Assembly (NCBI GenBank): GCA_040220235.1
Contig: JAVJTO010000047.1
Length of the DNA: 64,000 nucleotides
Source: Coleofasciculus sp. B1-GNL1-01
GTDB lineage: Bacteria > Cyanobacteriota > Cyanobacteriia > Cyanobacteriales > Coleofasciculaceae
Strand: one strand, 5' to 3'
Both the position numbers and the translations under genes were made by a program. Positions 32,290 through 42,188 of the stretch are shown piece after piece. The first letter of the stretch is position 1, and every line of letters begins with the position of its first letter. The notes below the pieces were generated by a model that ran no database searches, was not told the origin of the DNA, and was given only the letters and a program-made list of their open reading frames with translations.

Positions 32290-33042
32290 TTATCCAAATT
32301 TACCTTGTTCTTTTAGCGCTTGTCGAATTCTTAACTGAGCTTCCCGATCATTAGGATAACGGACAATTGCCTCTCGCCAGACGCTTAGGGCTTCATCCAA
32401 TTGACCCTTTTGCCTCAACGCATCCCCTAAATACCAATACGCTTGCGGCTTTTTAATGTTAAGACGAATCGCTTCCCGATACTCTTCTATAGCCGCCTGC
32501 CAGTTTTCTTGAATCATCAAGCTATTGGCTAGATTTAAACGTAAAATAGCCTTGTCAGGAGACTGTTGACTCAACGTCTGATACGACTCAATTAGCGTGT
32601 CTAGTCGATTAATGTTTGATAGGATTAAACCGACGCTAAAAGGAATGTCTGTGTTTTGAGGATGGCGCTGGATCAACTCCTCAACAATAGGCATCGCTTG
32701 ATCAGGTTTTCCTTGCTCAATCAAGGCTTGGGCTAACTTGACATACCCATCCACAGTTTTTGGCGATCGCGCGATCAGATCCTGGAAGACAGCTACAGCT
32801 TCATCCCATTTATTTTGTGCCAGGAGTGTATTACCTAGCAGTAAGCGCACCATATCATTACTGCGTTGTCGGTGAATCACTTGGCGAAATACCGCTTCTG
32901 CTTCTGGGTAATCCTGTTGCTGGTAAAGGGCGATCGCCTTTTGAAACAACGACGCGATCGCGATCGTCTTACCAATCAAAAAAATAACCGTTACTAAACC
33001 GACACTAACGACTGTAGCCGCTATCCAACTTAAATTAAACAC
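32290..33042 (-). CDS. Membrane-anchored TPR protein
   Basis: N-terminal hydrophobic helix followed by about six TPR motifs. Confidence 0.8.
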   Translation of the reverse strand: MFNLSWIAATVVSVGLVTVIFLIGKTIAIASLFQKAIALYQQQDYPEAEAVFRQVIHRQRSNDMVRLLLGNTLLAQNKWDEAVAVFQDLIARSPKTVDGYVKLAQALIEQGKPDQAMPIVEELIQRHPQNTDIPFSVGLILSNINRLDTLIESYQTLSQQSPDKAILRLNLANSLMIQENWQAAIEEYREAIRLNIKKPQAYWYLGDALRQKGQLDEALSVWREAIVRYPNDREAQLRIRQALKEQGKFG

Positions 33043-33292
33043 AGATTACCCAGATTGTAATTGTAATGACACAGACACAAAACTTACTATGGCATAACAC
33101 AGATTACCCAGATTGTAATCAAACCGACAGGAAACTAACGATTAAGTCACACAGATTGACATAGACAACTAAATAATCTCCTGACAATCAAATCATCGTC
33201 TGTTGATTGAGAATTAACCTCTCAGTGTAATCAGTGCAACTAACCTCTCACCTCCCACCCCAATCTCTCCCATTAATCTGTGTAATCAGTGT
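33038..33292. repeat. ACACAGATT-family direct and inverted repeats
   Basis: AACACAGATTACCCAGATTGTAAT at 33038 and 33096, degenerate at 33148; inverse-type GTGTAATCAGTG near 33225 and 33280. Confidence 0.7.
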
Positions 33293-33293
33293 T

Positions 33294-34262
33294 TCAGGCT
33301 AATAAACATGCAGTAGGAAACATCAGATATTCCAAAAAGAACAGCTTCCAGATAAACTGATAAAAACTGGCGATCGCGACTTTATCCTGCAAATCTACAT
33401 TCTGACTACGCCACCAAACCAAAACTAAAGCCGCCAAGTGTGTTATCCCCAAGACAAGCGGGTTAACCACGTCAAACAGTAGCACTCCACCGAGAATCAT
33501 ACCCAAATAGCAGAGGGTAATAATCCATCGGGTGATGTTAAACACTGCTGGCTTACCCAGTCGAATCGTGAACGTGGTGATATTGTATAACTTATCTCCA
33601 TCAATATCTGGGACATCCTTAAAAATCGCGATCGCGACAGTAAACACCAAAACAAATAACGTCAGCCCCCACACTGCAGGCGTTGGCGTCATCGCTTCAC
33701 CCTGTTGCCACACCCAGCTAAAATGCAAGAATAGTCCTAAATTAACCACAGCACCTCGCACTGAGAAGATACAAAGTGCTGCCCAAAAGGGAAACCGCTT
33801 CAATCGAATCGGTGGTAAGGAATACGCCGTACCAATGGCTAAACTGACGCTAACCATGAGAAATAACCACCCTCCCAGTATCCGGGCTAACAGCAGCGCA
33901 CAGAGTCCAGTTACAGCAACAATCAGCTTAGCTTGTCTTCTGGAAAACTCTCCCGCCGCGATGGGAAGATGAGGCTTATTAATCTGGTCAATCTCCACAT
34001 CTTCGAGTTGATTGAGTCCCACAATGTAGATATTACCGCAACAGCAGGATATCCAAGTACCCAGGAGTTGAGTTAAATTTGAGAGTGCGATCGCACCGTC
34101 GGTAATCGCTAAGGCAATCACATACAATGCCAATACACTTAGAGTAGTACCGATGATCGTATGAGGACGAGAAAACTTCCACAAGGCATAAAACCAGTCT
34201 GTGGGTTGCTTAAGCGGGTTGAGAGGGGCAGAAGTCAAGGTTGATGGAGAAATTCGGCTCAT
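33294..34262 (-). CDS. hpt: Homogentisate phytyltransferase (tocopherol synthesis)
   Basis: KFSRPHTIIGT, GLNQLEDVEIDQINKPHLPIA, KDVPDIDGD, FYQFIWKLFFLEY. Confidence 0.93.
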   Translation of the reverse strand: MSRISPSTLTSAPLNPLKQPTDWFYALWKFSRPHTIIGTTLSVLALYVIALAITDGAIALSNLTQLLGTWISCCCGNIYIVGLNQLEDVEIDQINKPHLPIAAGEFSRRQAKLIVAVTGLCALLLARILGGWLFLMVSVSLAIGTAYSLPPIRLKRFPFWAALCIFSVRGAVVNLGLFLHFSWVWQQGEAMTPTPAVWGLTLFVLVFTVAIAIFKDVPDIDGDKLYNITTFTIRLGKPAVFNITRWIITLCYLGMILGGVLLFDVVNPLVLGITHLAALVLVWWRSQNVDLQDKVAIASFYQFIWKLFFLEYLMFPTACLLA

Positions 34263-34438
34263 TCTGGAGTGTAATAGGCTTTCCCATTCGATTTTACTCT
34301 CTTGAGGGACATCGAAACATCAATCCACTCTCGTTTACTCTTTTCTTGATTCGGTAATTCACCACACAAAGGACGAATGACGTAGCTTGCTTATCAAGGA
34401 TAGCGAGTATGACAAATAACAAATAACCAAAGGCAACT

Positions 34439-35116
34439 ATGGCACGAGGCGATCTAATTTACGCTTATCGAGAATTGTTCAACCGACAAGGCGTCTACAA
34501 ACATTATGGGATTGACTGTGGCGACGGTACGGTTATCCACTACCGCAAACCCAGTGAAACCATTGAACGTACCTCTTTACCGACATTTGCTAGAGGTGGA
34601 AAAATCTATGTCAAAGAGTATCCCACTCATTTTATACCTGATGTAGTCGTTCGCCGCGCTGAAAGTCGTTTAGGTGAACGAAACTATAACCTACTATCCA
34701 ATAACTGTGAACACTTTGCTGTCTGGTGTAAAACTGGCGTCAGTGAAAGTCCGCAAATTCACAATTTTATTCCCATTATTACTCAGATGAATACTGAGAA
34801 CTTATACGAACCAATTAAACGAGCGCTGCAAGAGAAAGATCCGGACAAAGCTAATCGGTTATTAACCAAAGCCCTAGCCGATATTAAAGGAGTCTGGAAT
34901 ACGCTGCAACCACAATATAATCAAGATGTTCGGGAGATAAGCGCTTGGCAGAAAGTTGCCATTCAAGCGCTGAAACAAAATCGGGAAGACTTAGCGCGGG
35001 CGGCAATTATCCGCAAGAAAAACTATGAGAAACGGGCGCAGGAGAATAAAGAAAAGTTAGATCAGCTTGCTCAGATGACGGAAACCCTGATCCGCAATCG
35101 GCTGAATGTGAAATAG
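34439..35116 (+). CDS. LRAT/PLAAT-family (permuted NlpC/P60) enzyme fused to a PspA/Vipp1-like coiled coil
   Basis: YKHYGIDCGDGTVIHY and YNLLSNNCEHFAVWCKTG; C-terminal WQKVAIQALKQNREDLARAAIIRKK. Confidence 0.85.
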   Translation: MARGDLIYAYRELFNRQGVYKHYGIDCGDGTVIHYRKPSETIERTSLPTFARGGKIYVKEYPTHFIPDVVVRRAESRLGERNYNLLSNNCEHFAVWCKTGVSESPQIHNFIPIITQMNTENLYEPIKRALQEKDPDKANRLLTKALADIKGVWNTLQPQYNQDVREISAWQKVAIQALKQNREDLARAAIIRKKNYEKRAQENKEKLDQLAQMTETLIRNRLNVK

Positions 35117-35277
35117 AACAGTCGCTGACTTCAGCCTTCAACTAAAGTTGGGGCTAAAAGCTCAAACCCGTTGAAACGGGTTCAAAGAGTTAATTCATTT
35201 CTTTCCAGGCTATGGAAGTCAGTGCCATTTATCTTAAGTTGACACCAATGCGGTAAAACTAGCCCCTACAGAAACGT

Positions 35278-35871
35278 TTACGCGATCGCACTCGATAGTT
35301 CTTGCCAGCGCTGATGCCATAATTGCTGCATCTTGTGCATAATCTCAGGTAAATCTCGAAAGTCCTGACTTTGCTGATTAATTTCTGGGGCTAATCCCTG
35401 AAGTCGGCTAAACTCTCGGCAACAGTGGAGTACCCGTTCCCAAGCGCCATACCAATCCTCTGCGGCTTGCTGATGGGCGCGAATGGGTTTCAGGCGTTCG
35501 TCTTCGTTTCTCAGGGATTCAGCCTGTTTTGCCCACGCCTGACGCCAAAGTTGCACGGCTTCCGGTTGGTCATGCTGATCATACCAGTCGCGTTCACGGC
35601 GGAGGATTTCGCCCAATTCATCAAGCTGGGAACGAGAGGTACAACGCCCAATCGCTGTTAATCCGGCGTCAATCCAAAGGGGCAAGTTGCGATAACTGAC
35701 AAAGATAGCACGGGATTCCACCAGCTTGACCCAGATTTGGTGTTGCCAGCATTCGATGCGATCGATTTGCTGGAGGGGAATGTTAAGAAATGTAGCGACT
35801 TGGTGGCGTACTTCATCCAGAGAAAATTGGCGAGGATCAATTATCCCAGCCGTGATCAAGTTCCGAGACAT
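35278..35871 (-). CDS. Hypothetical protein (Trp-rich, helical)
   Basis: 197-aa ORF with upstream AGGAG; no recognised motif. Confidence 0.7.
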   Translation of the reverse strand: MSRNLITAGIIDPRQFSLDEVRHQVATFLNIPLQQIDRIECWQHQIWVKLVESRAIFVSYRNLPLWIDAGLTAIGRCTSRSQLDELGEILRRERDWYDQHDQPEAVQLWRQAWAKQAESLRNEDERLKPIRAHQQAAEDWYGAWERVLHCCREFSRLQGLAPEINQQSQDFRDLPEIMHKMQQLWHQRWQELSSAIA

Positions 35872-36004
35872 GGTAAATCACTCCTGATTTGGGTATTTGC
35901 GGTAGCGTTGGCTTGATTTAGGACAGTTGATGCTGGATTTGTGGCGATATCGGCTGTTTTGCCGGAAAAACGCCCAAATCCTCAATCCTAAATCGATTGA
36001 CCCA

Positions 36005-36160
36005 AAATCTTAGCCACCCCGCACAAATTGCCATAAAAAGTCGGAGTGGCTAGAGGAGTGTTACTATTTCTTCTAGCTTCCAGACTGGTCTGTTCAGTTT
36101 GGGGGTTAGCTGCTCAGAGCTGCGCGAACAGCTTTGAGTGGCGCTAAGAGTTTTCGGTTT
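36005..36160 (-). ncRNA. Candidate small RNA / structured leader
   Basis: Two long hairpins (36011-36052, 36106-36147) flanking a single-stranded tract ending ACACUCCUC; strand uncertain. Confidence 0.35.
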
Positions 36161-36388
36161 AATTTAGATTATCTTAGCAGGTTGAAGGATTCCTGCTCCA
36201 GAGTCAATGCTTTGTTACAAAAGTTTATTTATGCTGTGATACCCTTTGCTTCTGATGCGATATGGAAACCCGAGCTGCTTGGCTAAGGCTGGCTGGAGAA
36301 TCACCTGATTGGTAGTTTGTTTTTAGGGAATCTGTTAAGATTTTTTCAAGCAATGCCCCCTTTATAGATAAGGGAAGGAAGCGTCAAA

Positions 36389-37219
36389 ATGGAAGACAAA
36401 CAAGAAAATACCATCAGTATACAGTTACATGAACTATATGGTTTAACTAATGAACTAAAACCTATCCTTCCGTTTCTTTATCAGGAAGTACCCATAGCAG
36501 AACGTCGAAACGTTCTCATCGCCTATCAAAGAGTATTCGGATTTCCCGGAGTGACCCATAAAAAAATCGATGGCAGCCTACTATCCTGGGCTAATGGTGG
36601 TATTTTTAGTTATAGATTACGTGATGCGATTGTCAACTCTTTGCTAATTATTCTGCCTGTCATTGAACAAGAGAATCACTGTGAGGTACGAGAGCCAACA
36701 AACTATGAAATTGAGAAACTATCCATAGCTTATGAATCTCTGCTTGAGTTCGCAAAAGCTATAGCTGATAATAACCAGGAAGACTATCGAGAATGGGAGA
36801 TTTTTCACAAAAGTTATATAGATGATATGTATTGGGATATCTCCAGGTTAATTTCAAATATTTTAGAGGGATATAACTTAAAAGAAGCAGATGAAGCCCT
36901 GCTAAGATTTTTCCGAAACTTGGTTGGTTTTGCTCTGAAGCAGATAAAAACCAAGAAATTATTACCTATTCCCCAAGAAGTCTCTTATCGATTCACAAAT
37001 TTTTTATCAGTATGCTTGAAGCAACCCATAAAAATTGTAGTCCCAGAGCTTGATGATAGTGGGCAACTTAAACTTCTAGTCGAACAAGTACAACCTAGTT
37101 GGTTAAAACATTTGGGACGTACTCCCGAAGAACAATTAGAAAAAAATCAACCAGCAATGGCTTGGGCTAAAGCAAGAATGGAAGAGATTGAAAGCAAACG
37201 CAACAAACGTACTTCATAA
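36389..37219 (+). CDS. Hypothetical protein, putative antitoxin partner of the downstream PIN
   Basis: AT-rich ORF, RBS AAGGAAG; stop 1 nt before the PIN GTG; tail EEQLEKNQPAMAW. Confidence 0.7.
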   Translation: MEDKQENTISIQLHELYGLTNELKPILPFLYQEVPIAERRNVLIAYQRVFGFPGVTHKKIDGSLLSWANGGIFSYRLRDAIVNSLLIILPVIEQENHCEVREPTNYEIEKLSIAYESLLEFAKAIADNNQEDYREWEIFHKSYIDDMYWDISRLISNILEGYNLKEADEALLRFFRNLVGFALKQIKTKKLLPIPQEVSYRFTNFLSVCLKQPIKIVVPELDDSGQLKLLVEQVQPSWLKHLGRTPEEQLEKNQPAMAWAKARMEEIESKRNKRTS

Positions 37220-37220
37220 C

Positions 37221-37697
37221 GTGATAGTTCTTTTAGACTCTGGAGTGCTAGGATTACTGGTTAATCCGATTCAGGATGTATCAGAAGCGGAAACGAATGA
37301 AATCTATCAATGTACAGAATGGCTGTATTCCCTACTGTCTAAATCCGTTTATGTAGTGGCTTCTGAAATTTCTGATTATGAAGTTAGGCGAGAGTTGATT
37401 CGGATAAAAAGTGAGGGTGTAAGACTTCTAGATAATCTACGAGATGTAATTGAGTTTCGTCCACTAACTAAAGAAGTAATGCAAAAGGCGGCAAAGTTTT
37501 GGGCTGAGGCACGTCAAAGCCATATACCTACAGCGGATGCTCAAAATATTGATGCAGATATGATTATTTCTGCTCAATGGAGTCTCTTGAGTCAAGAATT
37601 TCCCGGACGCACTGTTTTGATAGCGACAACCAATATTCGGCATCTGAGAATATTTGCTGAAGAAAAGGCGATGGAATGGAATAACATTATACTATAA
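37221..37697 (+). CDS. PIN-domain (VapC-like) nuclease
   Basis: VLLDSGVLG, SEISDYEVRRELIR, IDADMIISAQ, IATTNIRHL; GTG at 37221 preferred as start. Confidence 0.85.
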   Translation: MIVLLDSGVLGLLVNPIQDVSEAETNEIYQCTEWLYSLLSKSVYVVASEISDYEVRRELIRIKSEGVRLLDNLRDVIEFRPLTKEVMQKAAKFWAEARQSHIPTADAQNIDADMIISAQWSLLSQEFPGRTVLIATTNIRHLRIFAEEKAMEWNNIIL

Positions 37698-37892
37698 AAT
37701 ATTTAGCCAATTAAGTTAAGTCGTAGGTTAGGTTTAGGAACGAAACCCAACACCAAAACCTGGTAATCTTTGTTGGGTTTTACTACCTTGATCACTATTA
37801 TTTTCAGGAATATCAGCATTAGGTAACCTAAGTTGAATTAAGTTTGTAGTCAGTACCGCAGCGTTTATGGCGAAGACAGCGCAACTACGAAC

Positions 37893-38026
37893 ATAAGTAG
37901 TCGGACAAAAGAAAACGGTACTGTATTAAGTGCAAGTAAACCGACCTCAAACCCTTACTGTTCCCTGTTCTCCGTTCCCTGTTCCCTAATCTCAACTGTT
38001 AACTTTAATTGTGTCCACCTACTTAG
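37893..38026. mobile_element. MITE-like element with TGTTCCC STRR
   Basis: Ends TAAGTAGTCGGACA / TGTCCACCTACTTA; internal heptamers. Confidence 0.6.
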
Positions 38027-38032
38027 CTTATA

Positions 38033-38629
38033 TCAGCTATTACTGGAAATGCTCATCGTTGCTTTAGCGGCTAACTTGTGAGTGGCTTGATGGGACGCAA
38101 GTAACAGTAGATTAAATCCTTCGGGTTGTATGTCTTGTAGAGATAGGATTTGACAGGGTTGCAATTGTAAGTAAAGATCGGCTAATTCTCGTAAGGGAGG
38201 CTTTTCCATCTCTTTAGTGTAACGTTTGGCATTTTTGAGTCCTAACTCGATGACTAAAAGCTGGGTAGGAAGAGTGCTAACGGTGTAGTGATCACTAATT
38301 AAATGAATTCGTTTTTGTCCAGCCATTGATGCGACGAGTTCTAAACCTTTGATGGCGGCTAAAATTTCAGCCTCTGTTGAATTACTACAATTTTCTAGTG
38401 GATAGCTATAGTGTTGCCAATCAATGGAAAAATTTGCCTCAGATTGTTTCTCCTGCTGAGAGAGGCGTTTCAGGATAACCACTCCAGCCCCAGCACTATT
38501 CTGTGACGGTAGATAACTCCCATCGACAACTAACCAAATTTCCGGTTCAAATAATGCAAGTAATTTGATGCCTGTTCGTTCTTGAGGAGTAACAAAGTGT
38601 TCCTCCACTTTTAATTCCTCAGCATTCAT
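38033..38629 (-). CDS. RNase H-like (RNase HI fold) protein
   Basis: LVVDGSY...AGAGVVI, TEAEILAAIKGLE, HLISDH. Confidence 0.75.
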   Translation of the reverse strand: MNAEELKVEEHFVTPQERTGIKLLALFEPEIWLVVDGSYLPSQNSAGAGVVILKRLSQQEKQSEANFSIDWQHYSYPLENCSNSTEAEILAAIKGLELVASMAGQKRIHLISDHYTVSTLPTQLLVIELGLKNAKRYTKEMEKPPLRELADLYLQLQPCQILSLQDIQPEGFNLLLLASHQATHKLAAKATMSISSNS

Positions 38630-38640
38630 GAATGGTTATT

Positions 38641-38833
38641 TAGTCACGAGAATTGAAAAAGGGCGGGTTTTGAAGCAACGTTATTATCAATAGCGCAATG
38701 AAAGCCCCTAAACCCGCCCCTACATGGGTAAACAATTAGTCACGACAATTAAAAAAGGGCGGGTTTTGAAGCAACGTTAATCAATAGCGTAATGAAAGTC
38801 CATAAACCCGCCCCTACATGGGTAAACAATTAG
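38641..38833. repeat. Two tandem ~96-bp REP-containing units
   Basis: Units start TAGTCACGA at 38641 and 38737, each with GGGCGGGTTT...AAACCCGCCCCTAC. Confidence 0.9.
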
Positions 38834-38839
38834 GAAAAA

Positions 38840-39547
38840 TTAATCCCGCCACAAGGCAATTCCGCCTAATAATCCGTTGATATTGGGGACAATTTTGACA
38901 TTGGGCGGTAACTCGAAGGTGATTTTTTTTGCTTCCCCACCCCCAATATAAAGATAGTCGTAATTAAATAAATGTTCTAGCGTCGCGATCGCCTTTTTTA
39001 AACGACTGTTCCATTTCTTCTCTCCCTTCTTCTCTAACGCCGCCCGCCCTAACTGTTTTTCGTAGGTGTCGCCTTTGCGAAAAGGGTGGTGCGCCATCTC
39101 TAAATTGGGGACGAGTTTACCATCGATAAATAAGGCTGAACCAAATCCTGTCCCCAAGGTAATCATCAATTCCACGCCTTTACCCTGAATCGTGGCTAAT
39201 CCCTGCATATCTGCATCATTCGCTACACGTACTGGCTTGTTTAAGGCTTGAGATAGGGTAGTGGCGAGATCGAATCCTTGCCAACTGGGATCTAAATTCG
39301 CGGCGGTTTTGACGACTCCAGCCATAACTACGCCCGGAAAACCCACAGATACGCGATCGCACTCTCCTTGGGCGGCGGCTAATTCTGCGATCGCCTCAAT
39401 TACAACATCTGGTGTAGCGGGTTGCGGTGTGGTGACTCGATGGCGTTCAGTTACCGGATTTCCCGCCTCATCTAACACGATCGCCTTAATTCCACTTCCA
39501 CCAATATCTACACTCAGGGTACGGATGGATTCATCTGCTTGCGCCAT
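38840..39547 (-). CDS. ppgK: Polyphosphate glucokinase (ROK family)
   Basis: SVDIGGSGIK, VGFPGVV, VANDAD, ITLGTGFGSALFIDGKLVPNLEMAH. Confidence 0.85.
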   Translation of the reverse strand: MAQADESIRTLSVDIGGSGIKAIVLDEAGNPVTERHRVTTPQPATPDVVIEAIAELAAAQGECDRVSVGFPGVVMAGVVKTAANLDPSWQGFDLATTLSQALNKPVRVANDADMQGLATIQGKGVELMITLGTGFGSALFIDGKLVPNLEMAHHPFRKGDTYEKQLGRAALEKKGEKKWNSRLKKAIATLEHLFNYDYLYIGGGEAKKITFELPPNVKIVPNINGLLGGIALWRD

Positions 39548-39608
39548 CGGATTTTGATCCTCCTGTTTCAAATAAAAAAAAAGGAAACCGCTACAACATT
39601 TTGAATGT

Positions 39609-39847
39609 GTAGGGGCGGGTTTAGGGACTAATTTTGATTCTTTTCCCTAGCTTAGCTGCCAAACCCGCCCTTTGTTTGAATTTTGAATGTGTAGAGGCGG
39701 GTTTAGGGACTAACTTTGATTGTTGTTCTCAGCTTAGCTGCCAAACCCGCCCTCCCCTCCGTTCATTCAAAAGCCACACTTGGGTTAGGGCGGGTTTAGT
39801 TACATCTGGATGAGGTAAGAAACGATAATAGTCAAACCCGCCCCTAC
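39609..39847. repeat. Three REP inverted pairs in tandem
   Basis: 39609-39670, 39691-39752, 39785-39847. Confidence 0.88.
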
Positions 39848-39869
39848 ACACAATTTAGAACGGTTCAGA

Positions 39870-40769
39870 TTAGATAATTTTCGCCCTCGCCCGTTCTGAA
39901 CGTGCCTCAGCACTTTCCATCACATCTGCCATTTTATGCACCATTTCTCCGGGATAGTTTTCTAACACTTTTGTCGATAGAGAAACGCGATTCGTGCCTT
40001 CATCTAAGTCAATCACGATCGCTTTAATCGATTGACCCACCTCAAACATATCAGTCAATGATTCCACCATATTTTGGCTGACTTGCTTGATATGCAACAA
40101 GCCAGTAATCCCTTCTAATTCCACAAACACACCAAAAGGTCTGATATTGGAGACAGTACCTTCCACTAACTGTCCAACCTCTAGCATCGAGAAACTTGCA
40201 GCGCGAGTGGCTTCCCGTTGGGAAAAGACTAACTTGCTGCGATCGCGATCGGCTTCCAAGATGCTGACGGTTAAACTTTGACCAATCAACGACTCTAAGT
40301 TCCCCCGTTGATTCAGGTGCGATCGCGGAATAAATCCTCGCAATCCCTGCCAATCTACCGTCACACCGCCTTTATTCACGCCCGTCACCTGCACCTGTAG
40401 CGACTTGCCACTGTCTTGGATTTGTGCCAATTGATCCCAAATCTTATTGATTTCCAACTGACGCCGTGATAGAGTTATCTGACCTTCAGCATTCTGTTCC
40501 CGAATAATCAGAAACTCTAACTCTTCCTGCAAGGGCAGCACCTCTGACCAATCATCTACAGGGGCAACTGACACTTCCCGTCCTGGAACATACGCCAGGG
40601 ATTTCCCGCCAATATCGACATAAACGCCTTCCATTTCATAGCTATGTACTTTGCCTCGCACCACCTGCCCTTGACTAAATTCATAGTCATACTCTTCTAG
40701 GGCTTTGGCAAAATCTTCCATGGAAAAGGCAGTTTTGCTGGTTTGAGAACGGGTTGATTCTGAAGTCAT
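39870..40769 (-). CDS. rps1b: Ribosomal protein S1 homolog B (three S1 domains)
   Basis: FAKALEEYDY, VDIGGKS, NKGGV...LRGFIPRSHL, PFGVFV...GLLHI; ATG at 40769. Confidence 0.88.
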   Translation of the reverse strand: MTSESTRSQTSKTAFSMEDFAKALEEYDYEFSQGQVVRGKVHSYEMEGVYVDIGGKSLAYVPGREVSVAPVDDWSEVLPLQEELEFLIIREQNAEGQITLSRRQLEINKIWDQLAQIQDSGKSLQVQVTGVNKGGVTVDWQGLRGFIPRSHLNQRGNLESLIGQSLTVSILEADRDRSKLVFSQREATRAASFSMLEVGQLVEGTVSNIRPFGVFVELEGITGLLHIKQVSQNMVESLTDMFEVGQSIKAIVIDLDEGTNRVSLSTKVLENYPGEMVHKMADVMESAEARSERARAKII

Positions 40770-40852
40770 GAGTATTAAGTGTTGAAAAAAATCGATTTGC
40801 CATGTCATTTGTCATTTGGGGTTAGTGATGACAAATAACGGATGATGAATAA

Positions 40853-41593
40853 CTACAATTCCTGCTGAAATAACGTCTTCACTTTTTCCCAAGCATCTTT
40901 TGCTGCTTGGGGGTTATAGCTGGCACGTTGATCGCAGAAAAATCCGTGATCAGCGCCCTCATAGCGAAAGATCTGGTGGGAAATTTGCTGCTTTTTCAGT
41001 TCAGCTTCAATCTGGTTAACTTGTTCAGCCGGGATGCTAGCATCGTCTAAGCCAAAGAAGAGATGGATGGTTCCCGTAATATCCTGAGTGCGGGTAATCG
41101 TGGGTTCATCTCCTCCTGGCGTCATCGTGGCAATTCCTGCACCATAGAAGGAGGCTGTGGCTTTGATGTCGGGTAAGGTTGCCGCTAAATAGGCGACATG
41201 ACCGCCAAAACAGAAGCCGATACAGCCGATCGCATTCGATTGAACTGGGGTTTGCCCCCTTAAGTAGTCAATCGCCCCTTGAATATCACCCAGCAGTTCT
41301 TCCGCCTTGGTTTGTGCCTTATACTCCTTGCCGATTTTCAGGTCAGCTTCGGTGTATCCCGTTTCAAAACCGGGGGCTTGGCGTTGATAGAGGGCGGGTG
41401 CGATCGCGACGTATCCCTCTTTGGCAATCCGCTGAGTCACATCTCGGATATGGTCATTCACGCCAAAAATTTCCTGCAACACGACCACCCCTGGTAAAGA
41501 CTCCTCTCCCACGGGCATCGCTAAGTAAGCGTCAATTTGTAGAGAGCCGTTTGTAATCTTAACCCAATCGCTTTTGATTTCTCTAGCCGTCAT
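40853..41593 (-). CDS. Dienelactone hydrolase family protein
   Basis: QEIFGVN, GFCFGG, HGFFCDQR. Confidence 0.93.
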   Translation of the reverse strand: MTAREIKSDWVKITNGSLQIDAYLAMPVGEESLPGVVVLQEIFGVNDHIRDVTQRIAKEGYVAIAPALYQRQAPGFETGYTEADLKIGKEYKAQTKAEELLGDIQGAIDYLRGQTPVQSNAIGCIGFCFGGHVAYLAATLPDIKATASFYGAGIATMTPGGDEPTITRTQDITGTIHLFFGLDDASIPAEQVNQIEAELKKQQISHQIFRYEGADHGFFCDQRASYNPQAAKDAWEKVKTLFQQEL

Positions 41594-42188
41594 AATTCAG
41601 GTTCACGCTGTTGTTCGTCGATCTATCGCAGTCCTCGCTGCTATAGCTTTTGACCTTCTGGTCAACGGTCAAACTTCTGCTTAATTTTAACGCTCATGTC
41701 CCCCCAATTCAGCAAATTATTTACGGATTATTATAATTCTATTGGTTCAGTTATTATTTTTCAAGAATTTATTGTCTATTTCTGGGGGTGAGCCACCCTC
41801 TAATGATTTGGACAAACCTGAATGGAATTTTAGTTATCAATCTGCTGATTTAAACAAATAAAAAGTCTGTTGCACTTTGTAATCTGATCAAACTAGACTA
41901 TTTAATGAATACATACCATTAAGCTAACAGATTACCTGTTTTGTTTTGGCTCAGAAGCGGCTATTTAAATGAAATGCACAATCGCTGAGTCAAGAGGCTA
42001 TTCTGGTATAAACCGCCAAATGATACATCAGATTAAGAAAATCCCACTTGTTTTAAAGTTTAGTTATGATACATGCTTAGAAGAAATGCCTAGGTCAGGA
42101 CTAGAGGGTCAGCCACCCACCATCCGATCTTCAACTGTACGTTATACTCTTGTGTCTATTGAAGAGCAAGTGCTTAGGAGACTTTATA

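Noticed and set aside
33038..33170. Possible mini CRISPR array (24-bp repeat, 34-bp spacer)
   Set aside because: Only two exact repeats, no GTT...AAC ends or internal palindrome, inverse copies nearby, no cas genes
38641..39847. Tandem repeat arrays resembling CRISPR
   Set aside because: Units are inverted REP pairs and neighbouring 'spacers' are near-duplicates of each other
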